This document shows, piece after piece, positions 35,415 to 45,390 of a stretch of 64,000 nucleotides of DNA. The notes under the pieces are model-generated. The model was given only the letters and a program-made list of their open reading frames with translations. It searched no databases and was not told the DNA's origin. The position numbers and the translations under genes were made by a program. Location: the NCBI GenBank assembly GCA_016716905.1, contig JADJUS010000003.1, positions 723,710 to 787,709 on the forward strand, written 5' to 3'. This DNA is from Acidobacteriota bacterium. Lineage in GTDB: Bacteria; Acidobacteriota; Vicinamibacteria; Vicinamibacterales; SCN-69-37. Positions within the stretch are counted from its first letter, which is position 1, and each line of letters begins with the position of its first letter.

Positions 35415-36158
35415 TCACTGACCGAGGTGAAAACCGCTTTCTTCAAGATCCTTCTGTCCTGTCCGCGCGGCATCTTCCTCCACGACGCGACCGTCGAAGA
35501 GATGGATGGAGCGCTCCGCGTTCCGGGCGTAGCGGGGGTCATGCGTGACCATGCAGATGGTCGCGCCTTCTCTGTGCAGCTCATGCAGGAGCTCCATGAC
35601 GGCTTCGCCGTTCTTGGAGTCCAGGTTGCCGGTGGGTTCGTCCGCCAGCAGGATGGAAGGGGAGCCGCCGACGGCACGCGCCACCGCGACACGCTGCTGC
35701 TGACCGCCAGAGAGCTGGCTGGGCAGATGCTTCGCGCGGTGCGACATGCCGACCTTTTCGAGCGCGGCCATGACGCGCTCCTTCCGTTCGGCCGTCTTCA
35801 TGCCCCGGTAGGTGAGGGGCAGTTCGACGTTTTCGTAGACCGTGAGGTCGCCGATCAGGTTGAAGCTCTGGAACACGAACCCGATCTCACGATTGCGCAC
35901 GCGGGCGCGTTCGGAGAGCGGCAGGTCGGCTACCGACCGGGTGTTGAGAATGTAGGTGCCCTCGCTGGGCGTGTCGAGCAATCCGAGGATGGAGAGCAGG
36001 GTCGACTTGCCGCAGCCCGACGGGCCGGCAATCGAAATGTACTCGCCGCGCTGGATTTCCAGATGGATGCCCGCAAGCGCGTGGGTCTCCACTTCGTCGG
36101 TGTAAAAGACTTTCGTCACGCCATCAAGCTGGATCAGCGGCTGTCCCGGAGTACTCAT
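35415..36158 (-). CDS. MacB/LolD-type ABC ATPase
   Basis: GPSGCGKST, IGFVFQSFNLI, LSGGQQQRVA, LADEPTGNLD, VTHD. Confidence 0.92.
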   Translation of the reverse strand: MSTPGQPLIQLDGVTKVFYTDEVETHALAGIHLEIQRGEYISIAGPSGCGKSTLLSILGLLDTPSEGTYILNTRSVADLPLSERARVRNREIGFVFQSFNLIGDLTVYENVELPLTYRGMKTAERKERVMAALEKVGMSHRAKHLPSQLSGGQQQRVAVARAVGGSPSILLADEPTGNLDSKNGEAVMELLHELHREGATICMVTHDPRYARNAERSIHLFDGRVVEEDAARTGQKDLEESGFHLGQ

Positions 36159-36202
36159 GTGTCTGCCCTCTCATAGAGGCCACTCGTGGCCTGCGTTAAC
36201 TG

Positions 36203-37468
36203 TTACCGTCTGCCGATTCTTACCCGGTCGAACGCCTCATACGCGGCCATGTCCGACAACACCACTTCATCGCCTTCGTTCAGGCCTTCGATAATCTGCA
36301 CCTCGGCGACCGATGACACGCCGAGTTTCACTCGCACCCGAACCGCTTCGTTGTCGGCGCCCACCCGGTAGAGCTGAATCGTGGCGTCATCCTGGCTGAA
36401 CGACGGGCGCTGCACCTTCAAGACGTTATCGAGCCGTTGGAGTTCAATCGTGCCATCCACACTCAGGTCCGGCCGCGCACTCTGTGGCATGACGCCGGTC
36501 ATGGTCACATCCACGCCTACCGTGCCGCTCTGGGCTGCGGGATCGATACGCGCCACAATGCCGGTCACGGTGCCGTTGCGCGTATCCACCACCGCCGTCT
36601 GGCCCAGCCGCACATCCCGAATCTGCGTCTCGGACACCCGAATCTGCGCCTTGAGCCTTGACGGGTCCGCCACGCGTGCGATGTTCGTGCCGCCGCCGAC
36701 CTGCTGGCCCACTTCCACCGGCACCACCTGTAAGACACCGTTCATGCCCGCCTTGACTCGCAAGTCGCCAAGGTTCCGGCTCTGCAGGTCATACGCGTTC
36801 TTCAGCGTGGTGACATCCGCTTCCTGCGGCGCGATTTGAGAGATCTCACTTTCGCGGTTCATCGCCAACCGCTTCTCCTCGAGCGCGAGCGCGTTTTTCA
36901 TGCGCGTCACCCGCGCCTCGCTTTGCTTCAACTGCAGGGCCGCAAACAAGCCCAGCTTGTTCAACTCAAGGTCCGCCGCGTACTGGAGCTCCTGCTGCTC
37001 CAAATCTGACTTCGCATTCGCGACGAGCGTCTCGAGCTGCAATCGCTGCGTGCTCAAATCGGCCCTCCGGTTCTTCAACGCCGCTTCCGCCGACCGCCAT
37101 CGCAGCTCCGCCGACGTGACTGCCTCGCGAAGGTCGGGGTTGCTCAACTCCAGAATCACCGAGTCCGGCTTCACGATCGAACCGGCCTGCAGCACGATCC
37201 GTTCAACCCGCCCCGATGTCGTGGCGGTAATCCACCGGATGTCTTCCGGCACCAATGTGCCCGACCCCTTGACCTCTCGAACCAGCGGGCCACGAATGAC
37301 TTTGCCCGTCCAGGCCGCATTGGCATCCACGGTGGGCGCGGCCGGCTTCAGGTTCATCACCCAGGCTGAAATCCCGATGAGGACCAGCACGCCGATCACG
37401 GCCAGAATGGTCTGCCGCTGTTTCTTCCGTTTCAGAATCGCAGGGTCGCGCTTTACATCCATCGCCAT
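36203..37468 (-). CDS. HlyD/MacA-type periplasmic adaptor (membrane fusion protein)
   Basis: N-terminal TM, V-x-G-x-G-x-L-x-P, lipoyl-like SGRVERI, long coiled coil, G-x-V-x-RIDP, V-x-LG...I-x-x-GL-x-x-GD-x-V. Confidence 0.88.
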   Translation of the reverse strand: MAMDVKRDPAILKRKKQRQTILAVIGVLVLIGISAWVMNLKPAAPTVDANAAWTGKVIRGPLVREVKGSGTLVPEDIRWITATTSGRVERIVLQAGSIVKPDSVILELSNPDLREAVTSAELRWRSAEAALKNRRADLSTQRLQLETLVANAKSDLEQQELQYAADLELNKLGLFAALQLKQSEARVTRMKNALALEEKRLAMNRESEISQIAPQEADVTTLKNAYDLQSRNLGDLRVKAGMNGVLQVVPVEVGQQVGGGTNIARVADPSRLKAQIRVSETQIRDVRLGQTAVVDTRNGTVTGIVARIDPAAQSGTVGVDVTMTGVMPQSARPDLSVDGTIELQRLDNVLKVQRPSFSQDDATIQLYRVGADNEAVRVRVKLGVSSVAEVQIIEGLNEGDEVVLSDMAAYEAFDRVRIGRR

Positions 37469-37480
37469 GCCCGTATCTTA

Positions 37481-37496
37481 TGCAAGAGTCGGGGCA
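37481..37496 (-). promoter_or_regulatory. Degenerate sigma-54-like -24/-12 element TGCCCCG-ACTC-TTGCA
   Basis: Exact spacing of the TGGCACG-N4-TTGCW consensus with a perfect -12 box, but GG changed to GC and A to C in the -24 box; 12 nt upstream of the ATG at 37468. Confidence 0.4.
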
Positions 37497-37692
37497 TCTT
37501 TGGCCATCTTGCCCTAAGTTCCGTGTTTACAACGACTTAATCGTCAGTTGCCTCCATCCCGATTTCCTGAAAGCGGCGCGCTTTCGGGAAACCTGAATCC
37601 CGGAAGCGGTGATGTCCACCCCCGGGCAGAAACTTCGGTTGACCCTTTGACGGCCATTTGGGCCAGTTGGTTGACCGTGGCACCATGTCGCG

Positions 37693-38766
37693 ATGCCGTC
37701 GCTGCACGATTTGGGCTGGAACGATCACTTCGCCAAAGCCTACGAGGCGTTCGCGGGCCCAGGCGTCCTGCCCGGCCGGGTGGCGCTTGAACACAACCAC
37801 GTCTATCGAGTCATCACCGAGTCTGGTGAACTGCTGGCCGAAGCCACCGGGCGGATGAAGCACCTGGCCGAGGGCCGCCACGAGTTGCCGGCCGTGGGCG
37901 ACTGGGTCGCGCTGCGCATCGAGGAAGCCGGTGATCGCGCGCTCATCAAGGCTGTGCTGCCGCGCCTGGGCAAGTTCTCGCGCAAGAGCGCGGGCGAGTG
38001 GACAGACGAGCAGGTGGTGGCGGCAAATATCGACACGGTCTTCCTGGTCACGGGGCTCGACGGCGACTTCAACCCGCGCCGGATCGAACGCTACCTGCTG
38101 CTGGCCCAGCAGAGCCAGGCGCGGCCGGTGATCATTCTTAACAAGGCCGATCTGGCTGACGATGTGGCAGAGGCGGTGGCGATGATCGGCGACATGGCCA
38201 ACGGCATCCCGGTCCTTGCGATCAGTGCGGCTGACGGCAGGGGCTTCGAGGCGCTTCAGCCGTACCTGGGCGTGGGACAGACAGTGGCGCTCCTCGGCTC
38301 GTCAGGCGCGGGCAAGTCGAGCATCGTCAATCGGCTGGTGGGTGAGGCGGTGCTGCCCACACGGTCGGTGAGGGAATCCGACAGCCGCGGGCGCCATGCC
38401 AGCGTGCACCGTCAGCTGATTGCCTTGCCGATGGGCGGTCTGGTGATCGACACGCCTGGGATGCGCGAACTGCAGCTGTGGGGCACCGAGCACGGGATCG
38501 CCGAGACGTTTGACGACGTCGCGGCGATCGGCGAGCGGTGCCGCTTCCGTGATTGCCGGCATCTGAAGGAGCCCGGGTGCGCCGTCAAGGGCGCGGTCGC
38601 CGACGGCACGCTGGATGCGCTGCGGTACGACAGCTTCGTGAAGTTGCAGGACGAACGCGCGGCGCTCGAACGCCGCCTCGACGAACGTGCCCTGCTCGAG
38701 CAGAAGCGGGCCAGCAAGGTCATGGGCAGGGCGCTCAAATCGATGCAGAAAGACCGCGGACGTTGA
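37693..38766 (+). CDS. rsgA: Ribosome small subunit-dependent GTPase A
   Basis: PAVGDWV, AANID, RRIERYL, LNKADL, GSSGAGKSS, GRHASV, IDTPGMRE, Zn motif CRFRDCRH-x-x-EPGC. Confidence 0.95.
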   Translation: MPSLHDLGWNDHFAKAYEAFAGPGVLPGRVALEHNHVYRVITESGELLAEATGRMKHLAEGRHELPAVGDWVALRIEEAGDRALIKAVLPRLGKFSRKSAGEWTDEQVVAANIDTVFLVTGLDGDFNPRRIERYLLLAQQSQARPVIILNKADLADDVAEAVAMIGDMANGIPVLAISAADGRGFEALQPYLGVGQTVALLGSSGAGKSSIVNRLVGEAVLPTRSVRESDSRGRHASVHRQLIALPMGGLVIDTPGMRELQLWGTEHGIAETFDDVAAIGERCRFRDCRHLKEPGCAVKGAVADGTLDALRYDSFVKLQDERAALERRLDERALLEQKRASKVMGRALKSMQKDRGR

Positions 38767-38853
38767 AGGCCGAGTCCCGACCGCCGTTCACCGACCGCGG
38801 GCGGCACACGCGCGCCGGCGCCGTATAGGGTGCGAAGGGTCTGGGGGGAGACA

Positions 38854-39792
38854 ATGACAACAGCTCAGCAGGGCGAACCGCTTCTGGTTCGGGATGCCCG
38901 CAAGAAGTTCGGTGATGTCGAGGCGCTCGCGGGTGCGTCGCTCGAGGTGCGCCGGGGCGAACTGGTCGGCCTGCTCGGGCCGAACGGCGCCGGCAAGACC
39001 ACGATGATTCGGGCGATCGCCGGCCGCGTGGCCCTGGACTCGGGGAGCATCCAGTTGTTCGGCCGCACGGTGACTGCGCGCGACCCCCGGCCTGAGATCG
39101 GTGTGGTGCCGCAGGAACTCGCCGTCTACAGCCTGCTCACGGCCCGCGAAAATCTTGAGGCCTTCGGCGTGTTGTACGGCGTGCAAGGCGCCGATCTCAA
39201 GACCCGCGTCGAGTGGGCGCTCGAGTGGTCCGACTTGAAGGACCGCGCCAAGGAACCGGTGAAGCGGTTCTCAGGCGGAATGAAACGGCGTTTGAACATC
39301 GCCATCGGCCTCATGCATTCGCCTGCCATCGTGCTGCTCGACGAGCCGACGGTTGGCGTGGATCCGCAAAGCCGCGAGCGAATCTACGAGATGCTCGCCA
39401 GCCTCCAGGCCTCTGGCGTCGGCGTCGTCCTGACCACCCATCACCTGGAAGAAGCCGAGCGCCGCTGTGAGCGCATCGTGATCATCGACCACGGGCGCAT
39501 CGTGGCGGCGGGGACGCTCGGCGAACTGCTGGCGGCCGCGCGTTCCGGAGGCCGCACGTTGACGATGGTGCTGGAAGGGCCGTGGCCGGCTGGCGTTGCT
39601 GTGCCTGAAGGATTCAGTCTGTCGGCCGATCGCCTGACCGTGACCGTCGCGGTGGAGGATGGCGGACGGGGCGTGGCGGCACGCATCGACACGGTGACCG
39701 GGCTCGGTGCCAGGGTGCAGGACCTTTCGTTGGCAGGCGCCTCGCTGCAGGACGTCTTTATCGGCCTCACCGGCCGGGAGTTGCGCGAATGA
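38854..39792 (+). CDS. ABC-2-type exporter ATPase
   Basis: GPNGAGKTT, FSGGMKRRLN, LDEPTVGVDPQSR; RBS GGAG before the ATG at 38854. Confidence 0.9.
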   Translation: MTTAQQGEPLLVRDARKKFGDVEALAGASLEVRRGELVGLLGPNGAGKTTMIRAIAGRVALDSGSIQLFGRTVTARDPRPEIGVVPQELAVYSLLTARENLEAFGVLYGVQGADLKTRVEWALEWSDLKDRAKEPVKRFSGGMKRRLNIAIGLMHSPAIVLLDEPTVGVDPQSRERIYEMLASLQASGVGVVLTTHHLEEAERRCERIVIIDHGRIVAAGTLGELLAAARSGGRTLTMVLEGPWPAGVAVPEGFSLSADRLTVTVAVEDGGRGVAARIDTVTGLGARVQDLSLAGASLQDVFIGLTGRELRE

Positions 39793-41063
39793 TTCTCCTC
39801 ACGTTCCTTCGCATCCATTGGATCGGCATGAAGCGCGACCGCGTCGTGCAGGCGCTCACGTTCCTGCTGCCGATCATGTTCTTCTCGATCTTCGCCGCGG
39901 TCTTCAGCAATCAGTCTGACCCGATGAGCAAAGTGCGCGTCGCGGTGGTGGACGAGGATCAGACCCCGTATTCGCAGCAGCTCATGAAAGCGTTGATGGC
40001 GGAAGGGTCGCTCGACGTGCGCGTCACTGCGACACGCGAAGGCGGCAACGGCGCCACGCTCGATCGTCCGGCCGCTGAAGCGCTGGTCCGGAACGGCGAT
40101 CTGCCTGTGGCCGTGATCCTTCCCAAGGGCATCGGCGCCGCAGGGATGTTTCCAACCGGCGACGCGAATCAGGTTCGCCCCAAGGTATTGCTTCTGGCTG
40201 ATGTGTCGGACCCCGTGGCGCCGCAAGTGGTGTCAGGGATGCTCCAGAAGGTGGCGTTCACCGCGGCCCCGCAGACCATGGCCGTCGAAGGCATGACGAT
40301 GTTCGAGAAGTACACGGGGCCCATGACCGACTCGCAGCGAAGCATGGTCGATGCATGGAAGCGGGGGGAAGGACCGGCGATTGCGTCAGGATCCAGCAGT
40401 GAGAGCGCCGTGGGCCTTCCGGTGGAAGTGGTCAACGTCATGCAGCCGGAGCAGGGCGACACCTCGATGGTCTCGTTTTACGCGGCCGGCATTGGCGTGA
40501 TGTTCCTGCTGTTTTCGTGCTCGGGCGCCGGCGGCACGCTCCTCGAGGAAGAGGAGTCGGGCACGCTCGATCGCCTGATTGGGTCTCGCGCTGGGATGGG
40601 GGGCGTCCTCTTCGGCAAGTGGGTGTTCCTCATGCTCATGGGGATCTCACAACTCACGGTGATGTTTGCGTGGGGTCAATTGGTGTTTGGCCTCCCTCTG
40701 ACCAGTCACCTGCCCGGCTTCTTCATCGTCACGCTCTTCACCGCAGCGGCGGCCGCGAGCTTTGGATTGGTGCTCGCCACGGTGAGCCGGTCGCGCGCGC
40801 AGTTGTCAGGGTTGTCGACGATCGTTATTCTGGCGATGTCCGCCGTTGGCGGCAGCATGTTTCCCAGGTTTCTGATGAGCGACACGATGCAGCAGTTCGG
40901 GTTGGTCACGTTTAATGCGTGGGCGCTCGACGCGTATTTGAAAGTGTTCTGGCGCGAGGTCCCGCTGTGGCAACTCTGGCCCCAGGTGGCGGTGTTGGCC
41001 GTGATTACGGGTGTGTTCCTGACGGCCTCACGTCTGCTGGCGCGCCGTTGGGAGACCACGTAG
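39789..41063 (+). CDS. ABC-2-type exporter permease
   Basis: N-terminal TM, large periplasmic domain (VAVVDED), EE-x-SGTL-x-RL, five C-terminal TMs. Confidence 0.88.
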   Translation: MILLTFLRIHWIGMKRDRVVQALTFLLPIMFFSIFAAVFSNQSDPMSKVRVAVVDEDQTPYSQQLMKALMAEGSLDVRVTATREGGNGATLDRPAAEALVRNGDLPVAVILPKGIGAAGMFPTGDANQVRPKVLLLADVSDPVAPQVVSGMLQKVAFTAAPQTMAVEGMTMFEKYTGPMTDSQRSMVDAWKRGEGPAIASGSSSESAVGLPVEVVNVMQPEQGDTSMVSFYAAGIGVMFLLFSCSGAGGTLLEEEESGTLDRLIGSRAGMGGVLFGKWVFLMLMGISQLTVMFAWGQLVFGLPLTSHLPGFFIVTLFTAAAAASFGLVLATVSRSRAQLSGLSTIVILAMSAVGGSMFPRFLMSDTMQQFGLVTFNAWALDAYLKVFWREVPLWQLWPQVAVLAVITGVFLTASRLLARRWETT

Positions 41064-42727
41064 TGAAACGAACGCAAGGGGCGGCGCGGCTGGTCCTCAT
41101 CGGCGCCGTCTGGGTCTGCGGGCTGATCTGGCCAGGCAGCGCATCGGCGCAGTCGGCCATTCGCGGCCTGAGCGCGGAACAGTTCACGGTCAGCATGTCG
41201 TTGCTGCCAGATGGGTCAATCAACGTTCGCGAAACGGTGGCGTTCCGGTTTCGTGAGCGGACGTTCTCGGAAGTGGAGCGCGAGATCCCGCTTCGCCGGC
41301 TCGACGGCATCATTGATGTGCGCGCCTACATGGACGGCAAGCCGCTCCCCGAGGGCCGCGACGAAGGCCAGGTGCGTATCCGGACCGGTCGTCGAAGCCT
41401 TCGCGTCACCTGGCATTTTCCCGACACGGTTGACCAGACACGGACCTTCACCCTCGAGTACCGGGCCATGGGCGCCCTGGCGATGGGACCCGGCCGCGCC
41501 ACGCTGGCCTGGATGGTGCTGCCATCGCGACATCGATATCCAATAGACGAAGCGCGGGTGGAATGGCGGGTGCCCGAGTCAGTCAGACGAGTGGAACCGA
41601 CCCGGCTTGATGACCCCCGCTGGGTCACCGGGGCGCTTCCGGATGGCTGGATGGCCTCGCGGACGGGTGTTGCGGTCAACGAGACGGTCACGATGTCCGA
41701 CGCGTTTGACCTGACGACCGTCTCGGTGGCGATGCCGGCTTGGCAAACAAATGCGGATCGTTCGCAACAGATGGGCCCGGCGTTTTTCATCGGCGCGGTC
41801 ATTCTTTTGGTGATGGGCCTCGGCGTTGTCGGTATGACGCTGTTTCGGTACCACCGGCCGCAGATTGATACCGCGACGGTCCTGCCCGCTGACGCCGGCT
41901 CGATTCCTCCCGGCCTGGGCACGGCACTGGTCCACCCCTGGGTGGCCGTCGGACCCGCACAACTGCAAGCGACGTTGCTGGATCTGGCGAAGAGAGGGCT
42001 TCTGAAGATTCGGGAGGCCGGCGGCGAGGGCGCGAAGAAATCCTACGAGATCGTCATGACGGCGCCCACGGGCCTGCGGCCACACGAGCAGGCGATGGCG
42101 GATGCCTTGTGGCCACACCTGAAACAGGGAAGTATCGAGTTGAAGAAAGGGTGGAAGCACCTGCTCGGGGCTCACACTGCGTATCGTCGCGCCGTGTTCA
42201 CCGAATTGGGCGACCTCGGCTTCCTGGACAAGGAACGTCAGGCCGCGGGTCGGGGCCTTCGAATCGCAGGCCTGTGGGTGACGCTGTTCGGGGTGGTGGG
42301 CCTTGTGGTCTTTGGGTTGGTGTTTGGCCACCTGGGCGATGTGCCGCTGCTGGTGCCCGGCGCGGTGCTTGTGTCGGGCGTCGTGTTCCTGATCGTCGGA
42401 CAGACGATGTCGGTGTTCTCTGTGGGCGGGCTGACTGCCGCGGCGGCGTGGCGCGCGCGCCAGAAAGCGTTGAAGCAGTCGGCGCGTGGAGCGGTGTCTG
42501 CCGAAGAGCTGGATCGATGGTTGCCCGCGAGCGCGGGTTTCGGCATGGCACCCGCCATGTTGAAGGCGGCGAAATCGTCCGGGGATCACCCAATCGCCTG
42601 GCTTGGAGGCCTGTCGGATCCCTCTGCCGCCCTGATGGTGATCCTCTCGGCGACCTCGGCTGGGTCTCATGGCGGCGTGGCCGGTGGTGGCGGGGCGGCC
42701 GGCGGTGGAGCGAGCAGCGCAAGGTAG
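41063..42727 (+). CDS. DUF2207-like membrane protein
   Basis: Signal peptide, L-x-x-DGS-x-x-V-x-E-x-x-x-F, ATLLDLA-x-RG, C-terminal Gly-rich GGGG-x-x-GGG-x-S tail. Start refined to the GTG overlapping the permease stop. Confidence 0.72.
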   Translation: MKRTQGAARLVLIGAVWVCGLIWPGSASAQSAIRGLSAEQFTVSMSLLPDGSINVRETVAFRFRERTFSEVEREIPLRRLDGIIDVRAYMDGKPLPEGRDEGQVRIRTGRRSLRVTWHFPDTVDQTRTFTLEYRAMGALAMGPGRATLAWMVLPSRHRYPIDEARVEWRVPESVRRVEPTRLDDPRWVTGALPDGWMASRTGVAVNETVTMSDAFDLTTVSVAMPAWQTNADRSQQMGPAFFIGAVILLVMGLGVVGMTLFRYHRPQIDTATVLPADAGSIPPGLGTALVHPWVAVGPAQLQATLLDLAKRGLLKIREAGGEGAKKSYEIVMTAPTGLRPHEQAMADALWPHLKQGSIELKKGWKHLLGAHTAYRRAVFTELGDLGFLDKERQAAGRGLRIAGLWVTLFGVVGLVVFGLVFGHLGDVPLLVPGAVLVSGVVFLIVGQTMSVFSVGGLTAAAAWRARQKALKQSARGAVSAEELDRWLPASAGFGMAPAMLKAAKSSGDHPIAWLGGLSDPSAALMVILSATSAGSHGGVAGGGGAAGGGASSAR

Positions 42728-42729
42728 CG

Positions 42730-42738
42730 TGTTATACT
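42730..42738 (+). promoter_or_regulatory. Extended -10 element (TG-T-TATACT) upstream of nuoA
   Basis: TGnTATACT ending 31 nt before the TTG start at 42770. Confidence 0.4.
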
Positions 42739-42769
42739 TTTCCCGTTTTCGGGAAGGACGCGATCCCTG

Positions 42770-43129
42770 TTGACCGGTTACCTGCCAGTCGTTATTTATC
42801 TCGCGCTAATCGTAGGGTTCGCGGCGATTTCCCTGGTCACGGCCTGGCTCCTGCGGCCGTCTCGACCCAACTCCTCATTTTCCAAAGAACAAAATTACGA
42901 GTGCGGTGCCGAACCGATCGGTACGGCCTGGGTGCAGTTCCCGGTGGGGTTCTACCTGGTGGCGCTCGTGTTCATCGTGTTTGATGCGCTGGCCGTGTTC
43001 CTGTTCCCGTTTGCCCTGGTGCTGCGTGATCTGGGGGTGGGCGCGTTGTGGGCCATGGGCGGGTTTCTCGGAATCCTGACGCTCGGGTGGGTGTACGCGT
43101 ACCGCGAAGGGATCCTCGAGTGGAAATAA
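42770..43129 (+). CDS. nuoA: NADH-quinone oxidoreductase-like subunit A
   Basis: YECG-x-EP, FY-x-VA-x-x-F-x-x-FD, 3 TMs, G-x-LEW. Confidence 0.93.
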   Translation: MTGYLPVVIYLALIVGFAAISLVTAWLLRPSRPNSSFSKEQNYECGAEPIGTAWVQFPVGFYLVALVFIVFDALAVFLFPFALVLRDLGVGALWAMGGFLGILTLGWVYAYREGILEWK

Positions 43130-43761
43130 AACGCCCCGTTCCGGTGGTGCCCGCGCCGGTCTGGAAAGACATCAAGGACCTGCAGGAGTGGCAGGAACAT
43201 CACAAGTCCAGGCCCGAGACCGGCGACAAACATTCATCGCTGTTTGAGTCGCTGACCGATGGCATTCATCGCTTCCCGGGCGGGTTTGTGGTGACGACGC
43301 CGGCTGATGCGTTTCTCAACTGGGCCCGCAAGTCGTCGGTGTGGCCGGTGAGCTTCGGGCTGGCGTGCTGCGCCATCGAAATGATGGCGACGTTTGCGTC
43401 GCGGTTTGACGTGGAACGGCTGGGAATGGTGCCGTGGGCATCGCCGCGGCACTCCGACCTCATGATTGTATCGGGCACCGTCACCATCAAGATGGCGCCC
43501 ATGCTGCTGCGCATCTACGATCAGATGCCCGATCCGAAGTGGGCGGTTTCCATGGGATCGTGCGCCAACTCCGGCGGCCCATTCCGGCACGGCTACCACG
43601 TGGTCAAGGGTGTGGACCGCGTGATTCCCGTGGACGTGTACGTGCCGGGCTGCCCGCCGCCGCCAGAATCGCTGCTGAACGGCCTGTTGCTGTTGCAGGA
43701 GCAAATTTCTCATTTCCGTCGGACCGGCCAGCGCGCGGCTCCGTCACCCAAGGTCGATTAG
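43120..43761 (+). CDS. nuoB: Subunit B (N2 Fe-S cluster)
   Basis: [13 protein letters not shown]-x-SD, MGSCA-x-[13 protein letters not shown]-x-PE. GTG start overlaps the nuoA end. Confidence 0.95.
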   Translation: MEIKRPVPVVPAPVWKDIKDLQEWQEHHKSRPETGDKHSSLFESLTDGIHRFPGGFVVTTPADAFLNWARKSSVWPVSFGLACCAIEMMATFASRFDVERLGMVPWASPRHSDLMIVSGTVTIKMAPMLLRIYDQMPDPKWAVSMGSCANSGGPFRHGYHVVKGVDRVIPVDVYVPGCPPPPESLLNGLLLLQEQISHFRRTGQRAAPSPKVD

Positions 43762-43763
43762 CC

Positions 43764-44216
43764 GTGGACGCTGCACAGGCCCGCACTCGTCTTGCCGAAA
43801 ACCCCGACGCCGTCATCAGCGGCGAAGGCGCGGCCCTCGTGGTGTCGGTGCCCCCGTCACAGTGGGCGATGCTCGCGGAGTTTGCGAAAGACTCCCTCGG
43901 CTGCACGTATTTTTCGTTTCTGTCGGCGGTGGACTGGAAGGAAGACGGCCTCGAAGTCATCGTGTGGGTGGACAACCTCGACGCGCCATTTTCCCTGACC
44001 ATGAAGACCCGTCTGGGCGCGGGCGTCACGAACTGCGCCTCGCTGGCCCTGATTTTCCGCGGCGCCGGCTGGATGGAGCGCGAAGCCTTCGACATGTTCG
44101 GGATCGTGTTTGACGGACACCCCGACCTGCGCCGCATCCTGCTCGATGACGACTGGGTGGGGCACCCGTTGCTGAAGTCGTACGCCGTGGACACGCCGTA
44201 CCCGCCGTATCGCTGA
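43764..44216 (+). CDS. nuoC: Subunit C
   Basis: S-x-VDW, W[35 protein letters not shown]. Confidence 0.93.
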   Translation: MDAAQARTRLAENPDAVISGEGAALVVSVPPSQWAMLAEFAKDSLGCTYFSFLSAVDWKEDGLEVIVWVDNLDAPFSLTMKTRLGAGVTNCASLALIFRGAGWMEREAFDMFGIVFDGHPDLRRILLDDDWVGHPLLKSYAVDTPYPPYR

Positions 44217-44223
44217 GTTACGC

Positions 44224-45390
44224 ATGGCTTCCGAACACGTCCCCCTCGTCGTCAAGCAAATCGACTACACCGGTGCCGAGCGGCTCACCATGAACATGGG
44301 GCCGCAGCATCCGTCGGCGCACGGCGTGTTCCGCGCGATTCTGACGCTTGAGGGCGAAACGGTTGTTGGTGTGGATGCGGTCATCGGGTATCTGCACCGG
44401 TGTCATGAAAAACTGGCCGAGACGCTGGCGTACGTCCAGTACCCCTCGATCGCGTCCAAGACCGACTACGTGGCGGCCATGTCGAGCGAACTGGCCTACG
44501 TCATGGCAGCCGAACGCCTGGCGAAAATCGACGTGCCGAAACGTGCGCAGTACCTGCGTGTGCTGGTGGGCGAGCTGCAGCGCGTGGCCTCGCACTGCTT
44601 GTGGCTGGGCACGTGGTGCATGGACATGGGCGGCGCGCTCGGCGGTGGCGCGACGATCTTCCTGTATTGCATCCGCGAGCGCGAACTTGTGCTCGATCTG
44701 TTCGAGTCACTGACCGGCGCCCGGTTGTTGTACGGCTTCCATCAGGTCGGCGGCGTGCGGTACGACATGCCGGAGAATTGGGCCGCCGAGTGCCGGAGCA
44801 CGGTGGACCTGATTGAAAAGCGCGTCCTCGAATACGAAGAGATGCTCGAGGGCAACGCGTTCTTCATGATGCGCACGAAGGGTGTCGGAGTCATTACGCG
44901 TGAACTGGCGCTGGACGTCGGGATCTCGGGGCCGTTGCTGCGGGCCTCTGGTGTGGACTGCGACCTGCGGCGCCTGGCGCCGTATTCGTCGTATGAAGAT
45001 TTTGAATTCCGCGTGCCGGTGGAAACCGCCGGTGACTGTTACGCGCGATACAAAGTGCGGATGGTCGAGTTCCGTGAATCGATCCGGATCGTGCGCCAGA
45101 TTCTGGATGGCCTGCCCGAAGGGCCAATATCGTCGCGCCCCGGCGTAAAGGCTGTGGCCCAGGTGCGGGTGCCCAAGGGCGAAATGTATGCGCGCGTTGA
45201 GGGGCCCCGCGGCGAAGTGGGGTGTTACCTGGTCGGCGACGGCGGTCCCAGGCCGTACCGGATGAAGTGGCGCGGTGCGTCCTTCTCCAATCTGGCCGTA
45301 CTGCCGCACATCATTCCCGGACACAGCGTGGCCGACGTCGTGGCCATCATGGGGTCGGTGGACCCCGTCTTCGGCGAGGTGGATCGATGA
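44224..45390 (+). CDS. nuoD: Subunit D
   Basis: NMGPQHPSAHGV, GYLHR, SGP-x-LR-x-SG, E-x-PRGE, S-x-DPV-x-GEVDR; no Ni-binding CxxC pairs. Confidence 0.94.
   Translation: MASEHVPLVVKQIDYTGAERLTMNMGPQHPSAHGVFRAILTLEGETVVGVDAVIGYLHRCHEKLAETLAYVQYPSIASKTDYVAAMSSELAYVMAAERLAKIDVPKRAQYLRVLVGELQRVASHCLWLGTWCMDMGGALGGGATIFLYCIRERELVLDLFESLTGARLLYGFHQVGGVRYDMPENWAAECRSTVDLIEKRVLEYEEMLEGNAFFMMRTKGVGVITRELALDVGISGPLLRASGVDCDLRRLAPYSSYEDFEFRVPVETAGDCYARYKVRMVEFRESIRIVRQILDGLPEGPISSRPGVKAVAQVRVPKGEMYARVEGPRGEVGCYLVGDGGPRPYRMKWRGASFSNLAVLPHIIPGHSVADVVAIMGSVDPVFGEVDR

Noticed and set aside
37515-37540. TAAGT...ACTTA inverted motif as a dif/Xer-like recombination site
   Set aside because: Only 5-bp arms match, the interior symmetry is poor, and no recombinase is nearby.
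43120-45390. Group 4 [NiFe]-hydrogenase instead of complex I
   Set aside because: The large subunit lacks both Ni-binding CxxC motifs and ends in the NuoD-type DPVFGEVDR; no maturation genes are present.
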